A stretch of 64,000 bases of DNA, from positions 133 through 64,132 of the forward strand of contig JAIORP010000030.1 of NCBI GenBank assembly GCA_021108075.1, in the 5' to 3' direction. Both the position numbers and the translations under genes were made by a program. The notes under the pieces are model-generated. The model had not been told where the DNA came from and did no database searches. It saw only the letters and a list, made by a program, of their open reading frames with translations. Shown in pieces: positions 39,313 to 49,922 of the stretch (position 1 is its first letter; each line of letters starts with the position of its first letter). Source of the DNA: Candidatus Omnitrophota bacterium (GTDB taxonomy: Bacteria; Omnitrophota; Gorgyraeia; Zapsychrales; Zapsychraceae).

Positions 39313-41104
39313 TAATAAAAGAATTCGCGATTTGTGTGTTGTTTTCTTTTTTGCATTATTATTACGAATAGTCTATGTCTTGTTCACCCGTCAATTTTAT
39401 TTTTTTTATCACCATCCCAGCTCAGATGTGATGTATTACCAGCATTGGGCTCAAGAATTAGCCCGGACGAATTTTGTAGGACTGCGGGTTTTTTCAGGAT
39501 TGCCGCTTTACCCGTATTTTCTCGCTGTCCTGTACCGCTTGTTTCTAGCTTCTGTACCTTTAATCCGGTTTGCGCACCTGGTGCTAGGGGCCGTGAATTG
39601 TTTGCTTGTCTACCTGATATCGGCACAGCTATTTGGCCGAAAGGTGGCCATGGGATCGGCCCTTTTAGTCGCGGCGCATTTTTCATTCATTTACTATGAT
39701 TGCCTGATGATGCCGGTGGGTTTAAATATTTTTTTTAGTCTTTTGATTGTATTGTTTGTTTTACGGTCCAATCAATTGCAGACGAAACGCAGTATGTTTT
39801 TTCTTGGTCTTGTTATCGGATTGGCGTGTCTAGGTGATGGCAAGATGATATTGTTTTTAGTTTTTTTAGTTTTGAAGTTCCTGCACGGTTGTCTATTTAA
39901 GAAAAGTTATAAACGTCAATGCTTTCGTGTGATGTGTTTCGTCATTGGTTTTTGGGTCATTATGATATCCGTTGGTCTGAGAAACTGGATAGTCAGCGGA
40001 GAATGGGTTTGGATCAGTGCGCAGAAGGGATTAAGCCTCTATGTCGGGAACAATATCAATGCCAAAGGATATTATAAGCATCCAGATTTCTTGCGGCCGG
40101 ATCATCATGGACAAGATGAAGATATGGTTCTCAATGTTTCCCGGGCATTAAACCATCCCGTCTCCGTCAAGCAAGCTTCTCAGTATTGGCAAGATCAAGC
40201 TTTTATCTATATCCGGCAACATCCTAAAGGTTTTTTCAAGTTGCTGGGTAAGAAATTTTCCCTTTTTTTTACAGATACACAAGAAGCCTACGACCTGGAT
40301 TTGATTCTTCAAGGTGAATGGAAGAATCGGCTGGAATGGAATCATTTTTGGATCATTTTCCCTCTAGGGGGATTGGGCCTGTATTTTGCCCGTAAGAAAA
40401 AAGGGGTGTTGATGATTGCCGTTCTCATCGTATGCCAATTGTTATTTACGTTGGTATTTTTTTTACAGCATCGGCATCGCATGACAATTATTCCGTTTTT
40501 CATCATGTTTGAGGTCTTTGCCTTTTTAGAAATTTATCAGTCTGTCAGAAAGCGGGAATGGAAGCTTCCTATTTTGGCTTGTGTTCCTATTTGTTTATAT
40601 ATCGTAATTTTCCCCACACAGAAAATATCTGGCCAAATGTTGGAATATATTCATGCCACAAAAGCAGGTAATGTTTATGAGGGGCGTCAGGATTTTCTAC
40701 AAGCGAAAAAATCCTATCAAAAGGCTTTGCGGATTCATCCTCAGGATACAAATGCCCTTTATAATTTGGCTAATGTTCATTTTTCTCTTGGGGATACTAA
40801 TGAGGCTGTTCGTTTGTATCAGAAGGTTTTAAGGATTAATCCGTATCATGCTGACGCTTTGTATAACCTCGCATTTCTTTATAAAATGACCGGTTCTACG
40901 GAGAATGCCCTGGAAGTTTTTTTGACCTTACATCAGTGGCAACCGCAGAGTCCGGATGTGAACCTTCAGCTAATACTGATTTACCGTTCACAAGATAACT
41001 GCGCTGAAACCCTAAACTACTATCATTTTTTAAAGCATAAGAATGTCAATTTAGGTGAAGAACTTGAAATTTTTATAAAATCTTGTACTGATAATGGCTT
41101 TTAA
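39302..41104 (+). CDS. GT-C fold (ArnT/PMT-like) membrane glycosyltransferase with C-terminal TPRs
   Basis: Multi-TM; D..YY..WA, PLYPYFLA, RNW.VSG..LYVGNN; C-terminal TPR repeats. Confidence 0.8.
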   Translation: MTIDNKRIRDLCVVFFFALLLRIVYVLFTRQFYFFYHHPSSDVMYYQHWAQELARTNFVGLRVFSGLPLYPYFLAVLYRLFLASVPLIRFAHLVLGAVNCLLVYLISAQLFGRKVAMGSALLVAAHFSFIYYDCLMMPVGLNIFFSLLIVLFVLRSNQLQTKRSMFFLGLVIGLACLGDGKMILFLVFLVLKFLHGCLFKKSYKRQCFRVMCFVIGFWVIMISVGLRNWIVSGEWVWISAQKGLSLYVGNNINAKGYYKHPDFLRPDHHGQDEDMVLNVSRALNHPVSVKQASQYWQDQAFIYIRQHPKGFFKLLGKKFSLFFTDTQEAYDLDLILQGEWKNRLEWNHFWIIFPLGGLGLYFARKKKGVLMIAVLIVCQLLFTLVFFLQHRHRMTIIPFFIMFEVFAFLEIYQSVRKREWKLPILACVPICLYIVIFPTQKISGQMLEYIHATKAGNVYEGRQDFLQAKKSYQKALRIHPQDTNALYNLANVHFSLGDTNEAVRLYQKVLRINPYHADALYNLAFLYKMTGSTENALEVFLTLHQWQPQSPDVNLQLILIYRSQDNCAETLNYYHFLKHKNVNLGEELEIFIKSCTDNGF

Positions 41105-41208
41105 TAAAGATAATTATTTAAATCGCATTACGGTTACCGCCAGATTGCGGCAAGCATATAAAGGTTTGGGAAATAATAATTTATGTCAATGGTGAATTTT
41201 ATGTTTTA

Positions 41209-41237
41209 TTGACAATAAATATATACTCATGTATAAT
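41209..41237 (+). promoter_or_regulatory. Consensus sigma70 promoter of recA
   Basis: TTGACA-N17-TATAAT. Confidence 0.8.
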
Positions 41238-41315
41238 TCCATTCCACATAAACATTTACCCTTTTGATTTATTCCCCTAGAAATCAATGTAAACCTAGGA
41301 ATGGCGAGGTAGCTC

Positions 41316-42335
41316 ATGGCAGAACAAAAAAAGACAGTTGAGGTCGAACAAAAGAAAAAAGCTTTGGAATTAGCCTTAGCGCAAATCGAAAAACAATTTG
41401 GCAAGGGATCAATTATGAAAATGGATAGCGGAGCAATACAAGATATTCCTGCCATTCCAACCGGTTCTTTATCCTTAGACTCAGCCTTGGGTATTGGCGG
41501 AGTTCCGCGTGGAAGAGTTACTGAGATTTATGGTCCTGAGTCTTCAGGAAAGACGACATTGACGTTAAGTATCATTTGTGAACTTCAGAAGCTGGGCGGA
41601 ACGGCCGCATTTATAGACGCTGAGCATGCCTTCGACGCTGTTTACGCACAGAAAGTCGGAGTCAAATTAGAAGAGCTGTTGATCTCTCAACCGGACACAG
41701 GCGAACAAGCTTTAGAAATCGCGGAAACACTGACCAGATCGAGTGCCGTGGATTTGATCGTTATCGATTCTGTTGCCGCGTTAACGCCACGCGCCGAGAT
41801 TGAAGGGGATATGGGTGATTCCCATATGGGCCTGCAAGCGCGCTTGATGTCTCAAGCCTTGCGTAAATTGACAGCGGCCATCAATAAGTCAAAAACCTGT
41901 GTTATTTTTATCAACCAAATCCGTATGAAGATCGGCGTCATGTTTGGTTCTCCGGAAACAACAACAGGTGGACGGGCCTTAAAGTTTTATTCTTCTGTGA
42001 GAATTGATTTAAGGCGGATAGAGACGCTGAAAAAAGGGGATCAATTTATTGGAAACCGGGTCAGGGCTAAAATTGTTAAGAATAAAGTCGCGCCGCCTTT
42101 TAAAGAAGCAGAATTTGAAATCCATTTTAGTGAAGGCATTTGCCGCTCTGCTGATGTTTTAGATTTAGCTATCAAGCAAGACATTGTTCAAAAGGCCGGT
42201 TCATGGTTTTCATATGAAGGGGAGAAAATCGGACAGGGAAAAGAGAATTCCCGTAGGTATCTCGTTGATAATCCCAAGCTTTATAATAAAATTGAGAAGC
42301 AAATTAGGACGAATTTGTCTAAATTGAATTCTTGA
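41316..42335 (+). CDS. recA: Recombinase RecA
   Basis: [40 protein letters not shown]. Confidence 0.99.
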   Translation: MAEQKKTVEVEQKKKALELALAQIEKQFGKGSIMKMDSGAIQDIPAIPTGSLSLDSALGIGGVPRGRVTEIYGPESSGKTTLTLSIICELQKLGGTAAFIDAEHAFDAVYAQKVGVKLEELLISQPDTGEQALEIAETLTRSSAVDLIVIDSVAALTPRAEIEGDMGDSHMGLQARLMSQALRKLTAAINKSKTCVIFINQIRMKIGVMFGSPETTTGGRALKFYSSVRIDLRRIETLKKGDQFIGNRVRAKIVKNKVAPPFKEAEFEIHFSEGICRSADVLDLAIKQDIVQKAGSWFSYEGEKIGQGKENSRRYLVDNPKLYNKIEKQIRTNLSKLNS

Positions 42336-42345
42336 TCAAAAAAAT

Positions 42346-42813
42346 ATGCAGGACGCTTCCGTTCATAAAGCCAAGGCTTATGTTTATCGACTGCTGAATA
42401 TCCGTTTGCGTAGTGAGCAAGAGATCAGGGATCGGTTGATCCGCAGGGCTTATTTGCCTGATTGCGTTGAGCGTGTCATTCAGTATTTTTCAGAACTGCG
42501 TCTCATAGATGACTATGAATTCAGTTGTCAATGGGCAACATGCCGATTCGTACGTCATTATGGTATACAGCGTGTCAAGTATGAGCTTATTCAAAAAGGC
42601 ATTGCCAAAGAGGTCATCGATACTGTTTTGGCTCAAACGTACGACGCCCAAAAAGAAGGGGAAGTGATTCGGGCGTTGCTGAGTAAATGTTTACTGAAAT
42701 ACTCTATCAGTGATTTGCCGAAGAATAAGCGACGAGTCTATGACTACCTGAAGAGGAGAGGTTTTAATACTAACACAATAAACAGAGTGTTTGATCAATA
42801 TGACTGGAAATGA
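42346..42813 (+). CDS. recX: Regulatory protein RecX
   Basis: LL..R.RSE.E, IDD.EF, EL.QKGI, YL.RRGF; follows recA. Confidence 0.9.
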   Translation: MQDASVHKAKAYVYRLLNIRLRSEQEIRDRLIRRAYLPDCVERVIQYFSELRLIDDYEFSCQWATCRFVRHYGIQRVKYELIQKGIAKEVIDTVLAQTYDAQKEGEVIRALLSKCLLKYSISDLPKNKRRVYDYLKRRGFNTNTINRVFDQYDWK

Positions 42814-45451
42814 GATTCGATCAAAATTTTTAACATATTTTCAATCAAAAGCGCACACGATTGTTAAAAGTGATTCTTTGGTGCCCAAAGAGGATCCAAC
42901 CGTGCTCTTTACAACGGCAGGGATGCAGCAGTTCAAACGTCAATTTTTGGGTGATATCGAAAATTATACACGGGCAGCAACATCCCAAAAATGCATGCGT
43001 ACCGATGATTTGGAGGAGGTCGGGCAAACGGATTTTCACCATACTTTTTTTGAAATGTTGGGGAATTTTTCTTTTGGAGATTATTTTAAAAAAGAAGCCA
43101 TTAATTGGGGCTGGGAATTTTTGACCAAAGAATTGGATATTTCTGCTGACCGATTATGGGTTTCTGTTAATAAAGATGATACGGAAGCACGGGACATCTG
43201 GCTCAATGACATAGGTATTCCTGAGAAAAAAATATTTTTATTAGGTGATAAAAGCAATTTTTGGCCCTCAAACGCTCGGGAGGCCGGCCCAAATGGTCCC
43301 TGCGGGCCTTGTTCAGAGATTTTTTATGACTATGACCCTGATGATCAGACTGTTCCCAAAGACCCGGATGACATCCCCGGGCGCTTTTCAGAAGTTTGGA
43401 ACCTGGTGTTCACGCAGTCTGAGCGCAAAGAGGGTGGGCAGCTAGACCCCTTGCCCAACAAAAATATCGATACTGGTATGGGTTTAGAACGTTTGTGTGC
43501 CGTGATTCAGGGGAAAAAAAATAATTTTGAGACAGACCTTTTTACTTCAATTTTGAAAAGAATTGATCGGATTGTCGGAGCCAATATTAGTTTGAAACAG
43601 AAGAGGATCATTGCCGATCACATTCGCGCGATTACTTTTGGGATCAATGATGGGGTGGTTCCATCCAATGAAGGTCGCGGTTATGTTATTAAGAAATTGA
43701 TTATTATCATCTCAGATATCGCCCAATCCCTTGGCTTAACTGAGCCATGCATTTATAAGTTGGTTCCGAGTGTGCTTGAGGCCATGGAACAACCTTATCC
43801 GGAACTCAAAAAAACGGCAGACAATGTGTCTCAAGTTATCAAGGGGATTGAGGAAGCGTATATCAGTGTCCGCGCTCAACGCATTCCTGAGCTAGCACAA
43901 GAGGCCCTAAAAATCAAAAAAGAATCTCATCCGGATACTGATTTAGCCCAACGTTTGGGCGAGTTGATTTTCAAGTATCGCGATACATACGGATTGACAT
44001 TGGATACGATCGACAACGTTATTAAGCGCAATCCCGTCGATATCTCAGGGGAAATATTAAAGATAGCTTATGAGCGTTTTAATGCCCTTCTGAAAGAGCA
44101 ACAAGATCGTGCGCGTGCTTCCAGTAAGATGACCGGCGATGTGTTTACAGACGCTGAGATTGATTTGAACGTACCGAAAACAGTATTTATGGGCTACAAG
44201 CATAGCCGCACAACAAATACGATATTAAAGATTTTTATCGGCAATGAAATGACCAATGAAGTTAAACTTGGGGATGAGGTTAAGATCATTTTAGATAAGA
44301 CCCCTTTTTATGCCGAGTCCGGAGGGCAGGCCGGCGATACGGGTTGCATTCGAACCGAATCTGGCGTTGCGCGGATAACCGATACGAAGAAGGTTGCGGA
44401 TGTCTTTATTCACATCGGTTTCATTGAAGAAGGAATCATGAAGCGTAATGAGCAGGTCCATGCAGAAATAGATATTGACAGACGGCTTTCGATTATGCGC
44501 CATCATACGGCCACGCATTTATTGCAAACCGCTTTAAGAGCAGTTTTGGGTTCGCATGTTCAGCAGCAGGGTTCATATGTTGATGCCGACCGGTTACGCT
44601 TTGATTTTACCCATCCAAAGGCCCTTAATCAGGATGAGATCATCAAGGTTGAAGACTATGTCAATCGGCTGGTCCTCGCTTGCGACACCGTGACCAAGGA
44701 ATATCTTTCGATTGAAGAAGCACAGCATACGGGCGCATTAGCGTTTTTTGCGGAGAAGTATGGGGATGTTGTGCGCGTTGTTTCGGTCGGGGATTATTCA
44801 AAAGAATTCTGCGGGGGCACACATTTAGATATTACAGGGCAGATAGGCTTATTTAAAATCGTTCAGGAAAGTGCGATCGCTCAGGGGATAAGACGGATCG
44901 AAGCAAAAACAGGCTATTCTGCTTTGAGCCTCGTCCATGAGAAACAGAATACGTTAGAATCATTATCTAAACTATTAAAGGTGCCTGAAACAGAGATACT
45001 TGACCGGATTAAAGTTCAGTCTAAAAAAATAAAACAGTTGCAGAAAGATATTGAGCAATACCGCTTCATGGCGATTAAGGATGATGTCGCTCAAGTGATT
45101 GAACAAGCCGCGCAGCTTAAAGGGTTTAACCTCATAACAGCCTATTTCAAAGACGTTGATATGGCCTTACTGCGCCGTATTTCTGATTTAATTCGACGAA
45201 AGGTTCAAGATTCAATTATTGTGCTTGGCGGAAGTACAGATGAAAACGCGTCATTGCTTATCGCTGTTACAGACTCTTTAGTTGAAAGGGGAATTAAGGC
45301 GAATGAATTAATCAATCTGATAGCACCGATTATGAATGGCAAAGGTGGCGGCCGACCACAATTAGCCCAAGCTGGCAGTAAAGAGATTACGAAAATCGAA
45401 ACGGCTATTAAACAAAGCAATCAGATAATAAAGGAAAAAGTGTCGTTATGA
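42800..45451 (+). CDS. alaS: Alanine--tRNA ligase
   Basis: LFTTAGMQQFK, HHTFFEMLGNFSFGDYFK, editing HHTATH/CGGTH motifs, GGGRPQLAQAG. Confidence 0.99.
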   Translation: MTGNEIRSKFLTYFQSKAHTIVKSDSLVPKEDPTVLFTTAGMQQFKRQFLGDIENYTRAATSQKCMRTDDLEEVGQTDFHHTFFEMLGNFSFGDYFKKEAINWGWEFLTKELDISADRLWVSVNKDDTEARDIWLNDIGIPEKKIFLLGDKSNFWPSNAREAGPNGPCGPCSEIFYDYDPDDQTVPKDPDDIPGRFSEVWNLVFTQSERKEGGQLDPLPNKNIDTGMGLERLCAVIQGKKNNFETDLFTSILKRIDRIVGANISLKQKRIIADHIRAITFGINDGVVPSNEGRGYVIKKLIIIISDIAQSLGLTEPCIYKLVPSVLEAMEQPYPELKKTADNVSQVIKGIEEAYISVRAQRIPELAQEALKIKKESHPDTDLAQRLGELIFKYRDTYGLTLDTIDNVIKRNPVDISGEILKIAYERFNALLKEQQDRARASSKMTGDVFTDAEIDLNVPKTVFMGYKHSRTTNTILKIFIGNEMTNEVKLGDEVKIILDKTPFYAESGGQAGDTGCIRTESGVARITDTKKVADVFIHIGFIEEGIMKRNEQVHAEIDIDRRLSIMRHHTATHLLQTALRAVLGSHVQQQGSYVDADRLRFDFTHPKALNQDEIIKVEDYVNRLVLACDTVTKEYLSIEEAQHTGALAFFAEKYGDVVRVVSVGDYSKEFCGGTHLDITGQIGLFKIVQESAIAQGIRRIEAKTGYSALSLVHEKQNTLESLSKLLKVPETEILDRIKVQSKKIKQLQKDIEQYRFMAIKDDVAQVIEQAAQLKGFNLITAYFKDVDMALLRRISDLIRRKVQDSIIVLGGSTDENASLLIAVTDSLVERGIKANELINLIAPIMNGKGGGRPQLAQAGSKEITKIETAIKQSNQIIKEKVSL

Positions 45452-46671
45452 AAGTTTTGACACAAAAAGGTCAAGGAATTCAAAAACTCTATCATCGTCA
45501 CCTTTACGCCTACAAAGATCATATTTACGAAAAAGTTCGACGAATCATCAACGATGTGCGGCTGCATGGTGATGATGCCGTTATTAGATATACCCGGAAA
45601 TTTGATAAAGCTAAATTAACTCCGAAGGAATTACGTGTGCCTGAACGTGAGATAAGCGGGGCGTTTCAAAATATCACCAGTGATTTTGTCTCAACATTGA
45701 AAATCATTTTGAATAATGTTTCTCAGTTCTATAAAAAACAAATCCCAAAAGGGTGTTGCGTCCGGAACAAAGATGGTGTTTTATTAAAAGAACACATTAC
45801 GCCTTTGGATTCTGTCGGTGTTTATGTCCCCGCGGGAACTGCGCCACTGGTTTCGACTGTGTACATGACCGTGTTGCCAGCAAAAGTCGCGGGTGTGAAG
45901 CGTATCGTTATTGCGACACCGCCGGATATGAATGGACATATCAATTCGCATATACTGGCTGTCGCGAATTTGTTAAAAGTAAATGAGATCTATAAGATGG
46001 GCGGTGCTCAAGCGATTGCGGCTCTGGCATTAGGAACAAAGACCGTTACGAAGGTTGATAAAATAATTGGTCCAGGCAATTTGTATGTTACTGAGGCGAA
46101 GCGTCAAATGTTTGGTTTTGTTGATATCGATATGTTAGCCGGTCCATCTGAATTGGCGATTATAGCCAATAGACACAGTAACCCGGATTTTGTGGTTGCG
46201 GATATGGAAGGGCAGATCGAGCACTTAGGTGGCATATCTATTCTTGTAACGACGTCAAAGCAGTTATTAAAACAGGTTCGCAAGCGTTTAACGAAAGGAT
46301 ACGGTATCTACGCCAAGAATATTGATGAAGCCGTTGATATCGTTAATAAGATAGCGCCGGAACACTTACAAATTATGACAAACAATCCGCGTACGGTCGC
46401 CAACAAGATCAGGAACGCTGGTGCGATTTTTTTAGGGCCCTACAGCCCGACCGCTCTTGGCGATTATGCTGCCGGGCCAAGTCACGTTCTCCCGACGATG
46501 GGGTCGGCCCGGTTTTTTTCTGGATTAAGTACCTCGGATTTTGTTAAGAAAAGTCATATTATATCCTACTCTAAGCGAGCCCTGGAAAAAGTGCGTGAGC
46601 CGATTGAAAAAATCGCTTTGCTGGAGGGATTACAAAAGCATTATGAATCGGTTGTCGTTCGTTTTGATTGA
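45448..46671 (+). CDS. hisD: Histidinol dehydrogenase
   Basis: GGAQAIAALA, GPGN.YV.EAK, IDMLAGPSE, QIEH, PEHL, GDY.AGPSHVLPT. Confidence 0.95.
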   Translation: MKVLTQKGQGIQKLYHRHLYAYKDHIYEKVRRIINDVRLHGDDAVIRYTRKFDKAKLTPKELRVPEREISGAFQNITSDFVSTLKIILNNVSQFYKKQIPKGCCVRNKDGVLLKEHITPLDSVGVYVPAGTAPLVSTVYMTVLPAKVAGVKRIVIATPPDMNGHINSHILAVANLLKVNEIYKMGGAQAIAALALGTKTVTKVDKIIGPGNLYVTEAKRQMFGFVDIDMLAGPSELAIIANRHSNPDFVVADMEGQIEHLGGISILVTTSKQLLKQVRKRLTKGYGIYAKNIDEAVDIVNKIAPEHLQIMTNNPRTVANKIRNAGAIFLGPYSPTALGDYAAGPSHVLPTMGSARFFSGLSTSDFVKKSHIISYSKRALEKVREPIEKIALLEGLQKHYESVVVRFD

Positions 46672-46689
46672 GTTATGGAAAGATAAGGG

Positions 46690-47319
46690 GTGATTATGTC
46701 AGATAATCGTGAAGCACAGTTTGAGAGAAAAAGTAAAGAGACGCATATTACTGCCAATTTGAATATTGACGGAACAGGGCAAACGTCGATTAAGACAAAT
46801 ATCGGTTTTCTTGATCATATGCTTGAATTGTTTGCGTTTCACGGATATTTTGATCTTTCATTGGAAGTCAAGCGGGGTGATTTTGAAATTGATATCCATC
46901 ATACCAATGAGGATATCGGTATTGTGTTAGGCAAACTTTTTAAAAAAGCTTTGGACGAGATGATGGGTATTAGACGGTACGGTACGGCTTCAGCCCCGAT
47001 GGAATCCACATTAGGGACAGCTGTTGTGGATATCTGTGGCCGTGGTCATGACCATTTATTGATCGGAGATCAGGGTGTTTCTTATCCCAACATACGGGAT
47101 GAAGATGGTTATAATATTCATTATTTGGAACACTTTTTAGAATCTTTTGCGAAGAACCTTGGAGCGACAATTCATTTATATATTAAAAATCCAACCGAAG
47201 ATTTACATACTGATGTTGAGTGCTGTTTTAAAGCATTAGGCCTGGCATTAGATCATGCCACTCAAATGGATCCAAGACGTCAGTCGGAAGTTCCTTCGAC
47301 CAAAGGAATTATTGACTAA
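46690..47319 (+). CDS. hisB: Imidazoleglycerol-phosphate dehydratase (atypical motifs)
   Basis: R.SKET.I, FLDHML, DIHHTNED, PSTKG; second motif reads DLHTDVE. Confidence 0.9.
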   Translation: MIMSDNREAQFERKSKETHITANLNIDGTGQTSIKTNIGFLDHMLELFAFHGYFDLSLEVKRGDFEIDIHHTNEDIGIVLGKLFKKALDEMMGIRRYGTASAPMESTLGTAVVDICGRGHDHLLIGDQGVSYPNIRDEDGYNIHYLEHFLESFAKNLGATIHLYIKNPTEDLHTDVECCFKALGLALDHATQMDPRRQSEVPSTKGIID

Positions 47320-47434
47320 CAAATTTTTTTTATTTTGTCGTAAAGACTATACTAATATAAGCAGAATGACCGTTAAAAGAAATAGGGTGGGTGTGTATCT
47401 TTCTCGATTTCTTTAAAGGTTTAGGGGCTTTTGA

Positions 47435-48043
47435 GTGATAGCAGTTATTGACTATGGTATTGGCAACTTACACAGTGTTCAAAAGGCTTTAGAACGGGTC
47501 GGGGCAGACGTGTGCGTGACGCATGATGTCGAGACCATCAGAGCCGCTGATAAAATTGTTCTTCCAGGCGTCGGGGCGATGCAGCCGGCCATGGAGAAAT
47601 TGAGTCGTTTGAATTTGATACCCGTGCTAGATCAAGCGGTGCAGGACCAAAGACCATTTTTAGGTATTTGTTTGGGGTATCAGCTTTTATTTGAATACAG
47701 TGATGAAGGTGGACAGGTTAAGGGGCTTGGTTTTCTTCAGGGCCGTGTCGAAAAGTTTTCGTCTCAATCCGGACTTAAGATTCCTCACATGGGTTGGAAT
47801 CGAATCGTGATTGAACAAGAGGCCTGTCCGATATTTCAGGACATCACAGACGGAGCGGATGTGTATTTTTGTCATTCGTATTTTGTTAATCCCACCCAAC
47901 AGGATATCCGGGCAACCAAAACAGACTATGGGATTGATTTTGCGTCTTCTGTCGCTAAAGATCATCTGTTTGGCGTTCAGTTTCATCCGGAGAAAAGTCA
48001 GGTCGTAGGTCTGAAAATATTAAATAATTTCAATAATATGTGA
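47435..48043 (+). CDS. hisH: Imidazole glycerol phosphate synthase, glutaminase subunit
   Basis: IDYGIGN, LPGVG, GICLG.Q, PHMGWN, QFHPEKS. Confidence 0.98.
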   Translation: MIAVIDYGIGNLHSVQKALERVGADVCVTHDVETIRAADKIVLPGVGAMQPAMEKLSRLNLIPVLDQAVQDQRPFLGICLGYQLLFEYSDEGGQVKGLGFLQGRVEKFSSQSGLKIPHMGWNRIVIEQEACPIFQDITDGADVYFCHSYFVNPTQQDIRATKTDYGIDFASSVAKDHLFGVQFHPEKSQVVGLKILNNFNNM

Positions 48044-48061
48044 TAATAGCAGGAGGACAAT

Positions 48062-48787
48062 ATGATTATCTATCCGGCGATTGATATTAAAGATGGAAAA
48101 GTCGTAAGGTTGTTGCAGGGTAAATTTGATCAGGTTACCGAGTATTCGCAAACTCCTGTCGATGTGGCTCAACATTGGAAAGATGAAGGGGCCCAGTGGT
48201 TGCATGTTGTTGATTTAGACGGCGCGCGTACGGGTGAGGTGGTGAATATGGATTTGATTCATCAGATTGCCAGGGAGGTTTCCATCTCTGTACAGATGGG
48301 CGGGGGCGTGCGTCAGCTAGAAGATATCCAACGCCTGTTAGAGGGGGGTGTCTCGCGGGTTATTCTCGGCACAAAGGTTGTCCAAGACCTGGCATTTTTA
48401 AAAGAAGCCCTTTCAAAATGGGGGGAACAGATCGCGGTCAGCTTGGATTGTTCGAACGGTTTCATCGCAACCATGGGCTGGACACATACCTCGGAGTTGA
48501 AAGTGATCGACTTTATTAAAGAAATTGACGCGATGGGAGTAAAGAATATCATCTATACGGATATCGCGCAAGATGGCATGTTGTCCGGACCAAATTACAC
48601 GGCGATAAATGAGTTGCTCAGTTGCACCAATATCCCTGTGATTCTGTCAGGCGGTGTCGCAACGATAGATGACGTTAGAAAAATAAAACGAATGTCTGAG
48701 AACAGCGTTAAGGGTATTATTATTGGAAAAGCTCTGTACGAAAAGAAACTTGACTTAAAAGAGGCATTAGCCATAGCGAGATTGTAA
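48062..48787 (+). CDS. hisA: ProFAR isomerase
   Basis: IYPAIDI..GKVVRL.QG, HVVDLDGA, TDI..DGML.GPN. Confidence 0.97.
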   Translation: MIIYPAIDIKDGKVVRLLQGKFDQVTEYSQTPVDVAQHWKDEGAQWLHVVDLDGARTGEVVNMDLIHQIAREVSISVQMGGGVRQLEDIQRLLEGGVSRVILGTKVVQDLAFLKEALSKWGEQIAVSLDCSNGFIATMGWTHTSELKVIDFIKEIDAMGVKNIIYTDIAQDGMLSGPNYTAINELLSCTNIPVILSGGVATIDDVRKIKRMSENSVKGIIIGKALYEKKLDLKEALAIARL

Positions 48788-49543
48788 ATGTTGAAGAAAA
48801 GAATCATTCCTTGTTTGGATGTCAAAGACGGACGTGTTGTTAAGGGAACAAATTTTGTCAATCTGCGGGACGCAGGTGACCCGGTAGCTATTGCTGAGAT
48901 TTATGATCAACAGAAAGCAGATGAAATTGTTTTTTTAGATATCACGGCCAGTTATGAAAAAAGAGGCATCATCCTTGATATCGTTCGCAAGACATCTGAG
49001 AAAGTTTTTATGCCTTTGACGGTTGGCGGTGGGATTAAAAGTGTTGAAGATATTCGCGCATTGCTTAACGCAGGAGCTGATAAAACCTCGATGAACACGT
49101 CGGTTGTTCAAAACCCAAAACTAATCCAGCAAGGCGCTCAACGGTTTGGTAATCAGTGCATTGTCGTCGCTGTTGACGCGAAATGGCAGGACGATCATTT
49201 CGAGGTTTATATTCACGGTGGACGCACTCCGACGGGTAAGGATGCGATTGAGTGGGTCAAAGAAGCGGAGTCTCTTGGCGCGGGAGAAATATTGTTGACG
49301 AGCATGGACGGTGATGGGACGAAAGATGGATATGATTTGCCATTAACAGACGCGGTCTCAAAGGCCGTAAATATTCCGGTCATCGCTTCTGGCGGTGCTG
49401 GTAAGTTGCAAGATTTTTATGATGTGTTCGCTGAAACAAAAGCGGATGCCGCTTTAGCAGCGTCCGTTTTTCATTATAAAGAATTTTCTGTAGGAGATGT
49501 GAAACAATTTTTATCAGAGAAAGGAATTATGGTTCGATTATGA
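48788..49543 (+). CDS. hisF: Imidazole glycerol phosphate synthase, cyclase subunit
   Basis: [32 protein letters not shown]. Confidence 0.98.
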   Translation: MLKKRIIPCLDVKDGRVVKGTNFVNLRDAGDPVAIAEIYDQQKADEIVFLDITASYEKRGIILDIVRKTSEKVFMPLTVGGGIKSVEDIRALLNAGADKTSMNTSVVQNPKLIQQGAQRFGNQCIVVAVDAKWQDDHFEVYIHGGRTPTGKDAIEWVKEAESLGAGEILLTSMDGDGTKDGYDLPLTDAVSKAVNIPVIASGGAGKLQDFYDVFAETKADAALAASVFHYKEFSVGDVKQFLSEKGIMVRL

Positions 49544-49902
49544 AGAAAGAAGAAATTACAATAACGTTAGATAATTTGGCGGACCTAACTTTTAACAAAG
49601 ACGGCCTTATCCCTGCCATAGCGCAGGATTATGAGACACAGGAAGTTTTAATGATGGCTTATATGAATATCGATTCATTAAGAGAGACCATCACGGGCGG
49701 AAAGGCTTGTTATTGGTCCCGTTCTCGACAGGAATATTGGGTCAAGGGCATGACCTCGGGACATTTTCAACACGTTAAAGGAATTTTTTATGATTGCGAT
49801 TGCGACACACTACTTATAAAGGTTGAACAAATAGGTTCAGCCTGCCATACGATGAAGCGTAGTTGTTTTTATCGCTCGATAGACCTGCCTAAGAACGAGT
49901 AA
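49540..49902 (+). CDS. hisI: Phosphoribosyl-AMP cyclohydrolase (stand-alone)
   Basis: [33 protein letters not shown]. Confidence 0.96.
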   Translation: MKKEEITITLDNLADLTFNKDGLIPAIAQDYETQEVLMMAYMNIDSLRETITGGKACYWSRSRQEYWVKGMTSGHFQHVKGIFYDCDCDTLLIKVEQIGSACHTMKRSCFYRSIDLPKNE

Positions 49903-49922
49903 CTATAAAGAATATATAAAAT

